Source of the DNA: Candidatus Odinarchaeia archaeon
GTDB taxonomy: Archaea; Asgardarchaeota; Odinarchaeia; Odinarchaeales; Odinarchaeaceae
Length of the DNA stretch: 11,727 nucleotides
Reading direction: 5' to 3'
Assembly: GCA_029856525.1 (NCBI GenBank)
Contig: JAHQXC010000039.1
Coordinates: 1 to 11,727 of the forward strand
Shown: positions 6,774 to 11,727 of the stretch, piece by piece
How positions within the stretch are numbered: position 1 is the stretch's first letter
How the letters are laid out: each line of letters opens with the position of its first letter
Position numbers and translations under genes: made by a program
Notes under the pieces: generated by a model
Seen by the model: the letters and a program-made list of their open reading frames with translations, nothing else
Told to the model about the DNA's origin: nothing
The model's database searches: none

Positions 6774-7337
6774 TTAAAGTTCCACCTCTGAAACAAAATA
6801 ATATGTAGGCTCACCCTGCCGGTCCACTACCGCCAGAGCGGTCTTCTTCCTTGAACTAGCGCCTATTGAAATAATTTTCTCAAGATCAATCAATGCTAAA
6901 GGTATTCCCTCCTCTATCACATATATTAAATATTTTGCAGCCTCTTCGTTCGGAACCGCGCCTCTCTCATAAACTCTAAAATCCATGTCCCCTTCATACC
7001 CTAATCCTACAGTATACCCTCTACTACGTAGATCTCTATATACAATGTATTTTGTCCAGATCTTTCGGTCTTTCTTTAAATAGAAGTTGACTAACTGCTT
7101 AAAATCAACAGCGTTTTTACTGGTATCCGTGACTTTTATTTTACCGCGTTCTAATAACAGCAGTGCTTCTAAAGGCGTTAAGTTTAGAACATCTTTTTCA
7201 AAATAACCGTAGTATCCTTTATTATAGATTTCAGTCTTTCTCTCATCGAATATTTTAACTAATCCATTCTCATCTAAAATAGCTTCAACAGGTTCAGCCT
7301 CCTCCTCGGCTTCAACCATCTCCTCATCGCCGCTCAT
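6774..7337 (-). CDS. endA: tRNA splicing endonuclease subunit, probably the non-catalytic structural subunit
   Basis: LTPLEALLLLE; VYRDLRSRGY; DFRVYERG; SRKKTALAVVD...TYY. The catalytic His position (KEHSVY in M. jannaschii EndA) reads EEAAKY. Confidence 0.9.
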   Translation of the reverse strand: MSGDEEMVEAEEEAEPVEAILDENGLVKIFDERKTEIYNKGYYGYFEKDVLNLTPLEALLLLERGKIKVTDTSKNAVDFKQLVNFYLKKDRKIWTKYIVYRDLRSRGYTVGLGYEGDMDFRVYERGAVPNEEAAKYLIYVIEEGIPLALIDLEKIISIGASSRKKTALAVVDRQGEPTYYFVSEVEL

Positions 7338-7490
7338 TTCAACACCTTTAACTTATTTTAAAAACACTTTACTCTTCGAAGATGCATCAAATTAGTATTT
7401 TAAATGAACTCTATAAAACATTAATTAATATTCATTTATACTTATAACTTTAATACTTGCTTAAACTTATGTTAACAGAGTATACTGGGA

Positions 7491-7523
7491 AAGGGAGGCT
7501 CAGCGGCTCTCAGCCTCCTCCTT
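7491..7523. other. GC-rich hairpin in the endA/hycI divergent intergenic region
   Basis: GGAGGCT (7494-7500) pairs with AGCCTCC (7512-7518). It can be extended by AAGG/CCTT in an alternative register with a bulge. Confidence 0.55.
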
Positions 7524-7530
7524 CAATCAC

Positions 7531-7538
7531 TTAAATAT
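7531..7538 (+). promoter_or_regulatory. Candidate TATA box (TTAAATAT) for the hycI-mtnA leader
   Basis: TATA-like octamer ~45 nt upstream of the mini-ORF ATG at 7583. Confidence 0.35.
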
Positions 7539-7582
7539 AGAGTTGAATTACCTGTCTCACTGTCTCTCAGAGGAGTTGAGTT

Positions 7583-7606
7583 ATGAAAACCATTATAGAG
7601 CTTTAA
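7583..7606 (+). CDS. Candidate 7-aa leader ORF MKTIIEL
   Basis: ATG AAA ACC ATT ATA GAG CTT TAA preceded by GAGGAG (7570-7575) at 7-nt spacing. Too short to prove coding. Confidence 0.25.
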   Translation: MKTIIEL

Positions 7607-7646
7607 GCTGCCTGTTGTTTTGAAGTAAACAGGCTTAAAGCTATAA
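7593..7646. other. Long bulged hairpin upstream of hycI (attenuator- or terminator-like)
   Basis: AGCTTTAA (7599-7606) pairs with TTAAAGCT (7635-7642); GCCTGTT (7610-7616) pairs with AACAGGC (7628-7634); 3-nt bulge at 7607-7609. Confidence 0.6.
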
Positions 7647-7668
7647 GCGTTTCACCAAGCAGATTTAA

Positions 7669-8178
7669 ATGAAAAATTCGCGTGGTGGTATTTTGCAGTT
7701 TGAAGAGGAGTTTAATGAAAAATTTAAGGATGTGAAAAGACTTGTCATATTAGGAGTCGGCAATATAATACGCGGGGATGACGGTGTCGGGTCTAAGATT
7801 ATCCGATCGTTGAAAGGTAAACTAGATGAAAGAGTGAAGCTTATAGACGGCGGCCCTGTTCCTGAAAGCTTCACAGATGTTGTTAAAGCATTCAACCCCA
7901 CTCATATTTTAATAATAGACGCCGCGGATATGGGTAAGAAACCAGGTTGGATTGAATTCATAGGCGAAGACCAGATTTTAAACACATCTTTTTCAACTCA
8001 TCAAATGCCTTTAAGCCTTCTAGTAGAGTATTTTAAATACGAGACGAAGAGTAGAATATTTTTATTAGGAATTCAACCATTAACTAATTCGTTTGGAGAA
8101 AAGTTAACTCCAGAGGTGGAGGCAGCGAAGAATCGGATCGTTAAACTAATACTTAAATATTTTAAAAAACCCTCTTAA
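7669..8178 (+). CDS. hycI: Hydrogenase maturation endopeptidase, HycI family
   Basis: LVILGVGNIIRGDDGVG; IDGGPVPE; LIIDAAD; STHQMPL; LLGIQP. An alternative start at TTG 7693 follows GGTGGT. Confidence 0.9.
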   Translation: MKNSRGGILQFEEEFNEKFKDVKRLVILGVGNIIRGDDGVGSKIIRSLKGKLDERVKLIDGGPVPESFTDVVKAFNPTHILIIDAADMGKKPGWIEFIGEDQILNTSFSTHQMPLSLLVEYFKYETKSRIFLLGIQPLTNSFGEKLTPEVEAAKNRIVKLILKYFKKPS

Positions 8179-8182
8179 GGCG

Positions 8183-9451
8183 GTGAAGACTATCCTCGAC
8201 GTTTTAAAAATTCTTAAGAAAAACGGATTCGAATATAATCCTGAACTGTCTCTATATGTTGATTCGAAGACAGGTTTACCGCTCACCTTATTCTTTGACA
8301 GAGACGCTGGCAGATTATTTCTATTAGATCAGTGTAAACTCCCATATGAAGTAGCAGCCTGGTCTACTGATAACTGGTATGAAGCTGCTGTTAAAGGCAT
8401 CAAAGGCATGATAGTTAGAGGCTCGCAAGCTATCGGCGTAGCCGGCGCGTACTCTCTAGCATTAGCATGTATGAGCTTAAATGCTTCGAGTATAAGTGAA
8501 GCTTTAAAAATTCTTTTTGAGAGAGGGGAGATCATCAGATCAGTGCGCCCTACAGCTGTTAATTTAAGCTGGGCTGTCACTAGAATACTTAACAGGATTA
8601 AATCCCGTGAGTTTTCCAGTCTAGCAGATTTAAAGTTAAATGTTTTAGATGAAGCGGATATGATTTTTATAGAAGACTTTATCTTAAATAAAAGTCTTAG
8701 AGCGAATGGTTTACAACTCTTTGAATCCGGGGATGTAGTTTTAACTCATTGTAACGCCGGTTCACTGGCAACTGTTTACGGTGGAAGCGCGCTAAGCATC
8801 CTCTCAGAGGCTTTTCTGAGAGGACGGCGATTAACCGTTGTCTCGAAGGAAACCCGGCCTAGAAGCCAAGGGTTTAAACTTACATTATGGGAGCTTAATA
8901 GAATAGGAATCCCCACGGTCGCGATCACAGATAATATGGTCTCTAAGAGTATAGAACGATTTAAAATTAATAAAATGCTTGTAGGCGCAGATAGAATAAC
9001 CGCAGATGGATATGTTACTAATAAAATAGGCACCTGTGATATAGCGCGAATAGCATACATGGAAAAAATCCCATTCTACGTAGCCGCATCCCACTCTACG
9101 TTAGATTTAGATCATCAACACGGTGAGATACCTATAGAGGAACGGGATAAAGACGAGGTTAGAGCCGTATACGAGTATGAAATTAAGTATATGAGAGATA
9201 AAGGATTATTATCTGAAAGATCTGTTGAAAAATGGCCGCCTGACGATAAAATAACAGATTCAGAGAACCCTATTAATTTTAAGATAAAAATATATAATCC
9301 AGCTTTCGACATAACTCCCGGCGACTATGTTAGTAAAATAATACTTGACATAGGCGTTTACTCTCCTATACGGATAAAGCATCTAACTTCAAGGTTAATA
9401 GATAAGAAAATCAGCCGGATCATTAAAAGCGAGCTAAAAGACTATGATTAA
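8183..9451 (+). CDS. mtnA: Methylthioribose-1-phosphate isomerase (MtnA; eIF-2B-like family)
   Basis: LLDQCKLP; MIVRGSQAIG; RPTAVNLSWA; THCNAGSLAT; ETRPRSQG; VGADRI...NKIGT; YNPAFDITP. GTG start 4 nt after the hycI stop. Confidence 0.88.
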   Translation: MKTILDVLKILKKNGFEYNPELSLYVDSKTGLPLTLFFDRDAGRLFLLDQCKLPYEVAAWSTDNWYEAAVKGIKGMIVRGSQAIGVAGAYSLALACMSLNASSISEALKILFERGEIIRSVRPTAVNLSWAVTRILNRIKSREFSSLADLKLNVLDEADMIFIEDFILNKSLRANGLQLFESGDVVLTHCNAGSLATVYGGSALSILSEAFLRGRRLTVVSKETRPRSQGFKLTLWELNRIGIPTVAITDNMVSKSIERFKINKMLVGADRITADGYVTNKIGTCDIARIAYMEKIPFYVAASHSTLDLDHQHGEIPIEERDKDEVRAVYEYEIKYMRDKGLLSERSVEKWPPDDKITDSENPINFKIKIYNPAFDITPGDYVSKIILDIGVYSPIRIKHLTSRLIDKKISRIIKSELKDYD

Positions 9452-9532
9452 TTTTACACGCGGTATTCACGGTATGAGTTAGGATATTAACAGGTAAATC
9501 TATGAGGCGGAGTTTACTCTAGAAATTGGAAA

Positions 9533-9631
9533 TGGCGCCGGGGGCAGGATTTGAACCCGCGAGGTGCAAAGCACCACTGGCTTTCCTGTCCTCTCTCGAG
9601 GCCAGCGCCTTAACCGCTTGGCTACCCCGGC
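9533..9631 (-). tRNA. tRNA-Ser(CGA) with a 12-nt intron at 37/38 and encoded CCA
   Basis: Minus strand GCCGGGG/CCCCGGC acceptor stem, G73, CCA; CTGGC/GCCAG anticodon stem with CT-CGA-G; long variable arm GGTGC-TTT-GCACC; T arm GCGGG-TTCAAAT-CCTGC. Confidence 0.95.
9583..9594 (-). other. tRNA intron (AGAGGACAGGAA)
   Basis: Removing these 12 nt between G37 and A38 restores a 7-nt anticodon loop CUCGAGA. Confidence 0.85.
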
Positions 9632-9729
9632 ATACGTTACCTAATAAATATATTATTTTACTGGAAATAATAAAACTCTATAAGCGTTCTCTCTTATATT
9701 TTATAGATAAAATTATTAGAGGTATATAT

Positions 9730-10440
9730 ATGAGTTTTGAACTTGAAAAAGAACTTGTAGGTAAACACGCTGCTGAACTAGTGGAAGACGGTCAGGTGAT
9801 CGGTGTAGGCAGCGGGACCACAGTATCTTATTTTATAAAACACCTTGGCGCGCGTTGTAGAAGAGAAGGTCTTAAAATATTGGCGGTTCCCAGCTCTTAT
9901 CAATCCTATTTTGAACTTATCAAAGCCGGTGTTGCTTTAACTACTCTCGACGAGTATGATACTCTCGATTTGACAATCGACGGTGCTGATGAAGTGGATG
10001 AAGATTTAAATCTGATAAAAGGTGGGGGTGGAGCTCTAACCCAGGAAAAAATAATTGGAACATACACTAAGAAGTTAATTATTCTTGTAGATTCATCTAA
10101 ATTTGTTAAGAGAATAGGGGGCGCCCCTATACCAGTTGAAGTTTTACCTAAAGCTTTATCCCCTGTCTATAAAAAAATAGAATCGTTCGGTGGTAAACCT
10201 GAAGTTAGAATGGCTAAGAGAAAACTAGGCCCGGTTGTCACAGATAACGGCAATTTTATTTTAGACTGTAAATTTGAAGAGATAATCGACCCAGAGTCTC
10301 TAAATACGAGAATTAAGATGCTTCCAGGTGTTGTGGAAACCGGCTTATTCATAGGCTTAGCTGATAGGATCCTAATAGGTAAAGAAGGAGCCGTTATTGA
10401 AAAAGTAAAGGAGCGGGCCCGACCGGACTTGAACCGGTGA
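9730..10440 (+). CDS. rpiA: Ribose-5-phosphate isomerase A
   Basis: GVGSGTT; TIDGADEVD; LIKGGGGALTQEK; PIPVEV; VTDNGNFILD; PGVVETGLF. The true start is ATG 9730 (GAGGT SD). The track start at 9526 runs through tRNA-Ser. Confidence 0.97.
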   Translation: MSFELEKELVGKHAAELVEDGQVIGVGSGTTVSYFIKHLGARCRREGLKILAVPSSYQSYFELIKAGVALTTLDEYDTLDLTIDGADEVDEDLNLIKGGGGALTQEKIIGTYTKKLIILVDSSKFVKRIGGAPIPVEVLPKALSPVYKKIESFGGKPEVRMAKRKLGPVVTDNGNFILDCKFEEIIDPESLNTRIKMLPGVVETGLFIGLADRILIGKEGAVIEKVKERARPDLNR

Positions 10441-10488
10441 CCCCTGGCTTAGGAGGCCAGTGCCCTATCCTGGCTAGGCTACGGGCCC
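10414..10488 (-). tRNA. tRNA-Arg(CCT), no encoded CCA
   Basis: Minus strand GGGCCCG/CGGGCCC acceptor stem, G73; CTGGC-CT-CCT-AA-GCCAG anticodon arm; ACCGG-TTCAAGT-CCGGT T arm. Confidence 0.97.
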
Positions 10489-10832
10489 GTTTACATTAGA
10501 TTATTTGAAACACATCTTCCTGTTTACTCTTCGATTAAATATTTTTAAAGTTTTAATTAACATTTTCTAAAATATCTTTAAATTAATGATTCATGACCCT
10601 TATACTCGTTTTAACTATTAGTAGGCTATTTCGCTTTATATAACATTTAACTCTCTCACTGCAGGTGAGTAGCAGTCTTATTTATGAAAATTTTAATTTA
10701 ACTGTTAAAAAAATACTTGGGGCGCATTCTTATAAAACATTGGAATAACGCCGCTTTAAAATCGCATTATTAATAGTATTTTAGTAGAAATATTTTTTAG
10801 ATCATTAAAAATAGTTTTTCCGGGGATCGGAC

Positions 10833-11727
10833 TTGTATATACCTAGATGTATGAGTACTCAACACCCTGATAATGTTAACACTCCTTTCTTCGCTGAGGA
10901 AAGTGAGCTGAGCGGTGAAGATGAAATTCAGGAAGCCTACTATGTATTCTCTCATCTGGGATGCGACGAGCAGATGTGGGATTGTGAAGGTAAGGAAGTC
11001 GATAATTATGTTGTGAAAAAACTGATTACAAAATATCCTTCGTTTTTCACGTCGAAAAGGCTTGGTAGAGATGTCTTCTTAACTTTAAGGGTTCCGAACC
11101 CTGCTGTTGAAGTAGCTGAGGCTAAAATACTTTTAGAAACATTGGAGAGTATCCCCAGATCCTTCGATGCTGCTAAACTGTTTTTCAAAGATGATTTACC
11201 CCCCATTTTTGAAGTGATACTGCCTATGGCGGCTTCAGCTAAATTCATTGATCGAGTTTACAAGTATTACTGTAACTTCGTGGTAGGTAAACAAGATCAG
11301 CCTTTCAGCGAGGGCGATATAACTATAGGTGAATGGGTTGGTAGATTTAAACCTGAGAAAATAAACGTGATACCCTTATTCGAGGATATGAAAAGACTTA
11401 TTGATTGCGATAATATTCTAAGAGAATATTTAAGTGATAAAGACTTCGATTATCAACGCGTATTTTTAGCTAGATCAGATCCAGCTATGAATTACGGGCT
11501 TGTCGCCGCGGTTCTCCTAAATAAGATTGCATTACTCAAGCTTCAAACCCTTTCCGAAGAGTTGAAGCTACCAATATATCCTATTATAGGTGTCGGATCC
11601 CCACCGTTTCGAGGTAATCTAACACCTTTAAACGTTGATAATGTTCTAGCAGAGTATCCTAGTGTTCAAACATTCACGGTTCAATCCGCTTTTAAATACG
11701 ATCACCCACCAAACCAGGTTATAGAAG
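10833..11727 (+). CDS. ppcA: Archaeal-type phosphoenolpyruvate carboxylase (partial, runs off the right edge)
   Basis: Not in the track. TTG 10833 reads MYIPRCMSTQHPDN...QMWDCEGKEVD...RVPNP...FEVILPM...VIPLFED...RVFLARSDPAMNYG...GVGSPPFRG...TVQSAFKYD, with no stop to the window end. Confidence 0.97.
   Translation, partial: MYIPRCMSTQHPDNVNTPFFAEESELSGEDEIQEAYYVFSHLGCDEQMWDCEGKEVDNYVVKKLITKYPSFFTSKRLGRDVFLTLRVPNPAVEVAEAKILLETLESIPRSFDAAKLFFKDDLPPIFEVILPMAASAKFIDRVYKYYCNFVVGKQDQPFSEGDITIGEWVGRFKPEKINVIPLFEDMKRLIDCDNILREYLSDKDFDYQRVFLARSDPAMNYGLVAAVLLNKIALLKLQTLSEELKLPIYPIIGVGSPPFRGNLTPLNVDNVLAEYPSVQTFTVQSAFKYDHPPNQVIE

Noticed and set aside
7593-7646. SECIS element or known riboswitch (TPP, NiCo, fluoride)
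   Set aside because: The consensus motifs are not present, and no in-frame UGA selenoprotein candidate is in the window.
9583-9598. Alternative splicing at 33/34 to give tRNA-Ser(GGA)
   Set aside because: It would give a valid-looking loop, but no BHB-like geometry can be drawn around those sites. The canonical 37/38 position with CGA fits better.
9526-9729. 75-codon N-terminal extension of rpiA in the ORF track
   Set aside because: It reads through antisense tRNA-Ser and AT-rich promoter DNA. RpiA similarity and an SD begin at ATG 9730.
10489-10832. AT-rich 340-bp intergenic region as a replication origin or ncRNA locus
   Set aside because: No ORB-like boxes or C/D motifs were seen, and only a 5-bp stem (CTCAC/GTGAG) is present. 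It is explained by the divergent tRNA-Arg and ppcA promoters.
50-11248. Short antisense or overlapping ORFs in the track (e.g. 50..250, 449..688, 768..1016, 1345..1593, 1708..1917, 2882..3112, 4594..4968, 5209..5445, 5364..5561, 5595..5897, 6405..6617, 7665..7901, 8329..8580, 8776..9060, 8885..9094, 9115..9312, 10167..10352, 11006..11248)
   Set aside because: They are shadows of well-supported genes on the other strand or frame and have no recognisable motifs.
1-11727. CRISPR array or integrase-bounded provirus
   Set aside because: No regularly spaced direct repeats, integrase, or duplicated tRNA 3' end were found in the window.

Overview
Archaeal chromosomal window with a compact gene layout, GGTG/GGAGG Shine-Dalgarno motifs, many TTG/GTG starts and an intron-containing tRNA. 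The lineage cannot be fixed from the sequence alone. The left ~3.8 kb is accessory. It holds a tightly coupled minus-strand operon: an ExeA/Cdc6-like AAA+ ATPase with a C-terminal wHTH, a 234-237 aa orphan, and an ORF missing from the track that runs off the left edge and reads like the N/L1 domains of a long Argonaute. A decayed IS110 transposase start and a divergent multi-zinc-ribbon protein follow. The rest is mostly housekeeping: an endA-like subunit lacking the catalytic His, hisS, a PINA ATPase whose C-terminal domain sits in the -1 frame behind an A9 run, hycI, mtnA, tRNA-Ser(CGA) with a 12-nt intron, rpiA (whose stop lies inside antisense tRNA-Arg(CCT)), and archaeal PEP carboxylase ppcA (partial). 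The top candidate for a novel system is the ATPase-wHTH / orphan / Argonaute operon. All family calls come from motif recognition by eye; no searches were run.
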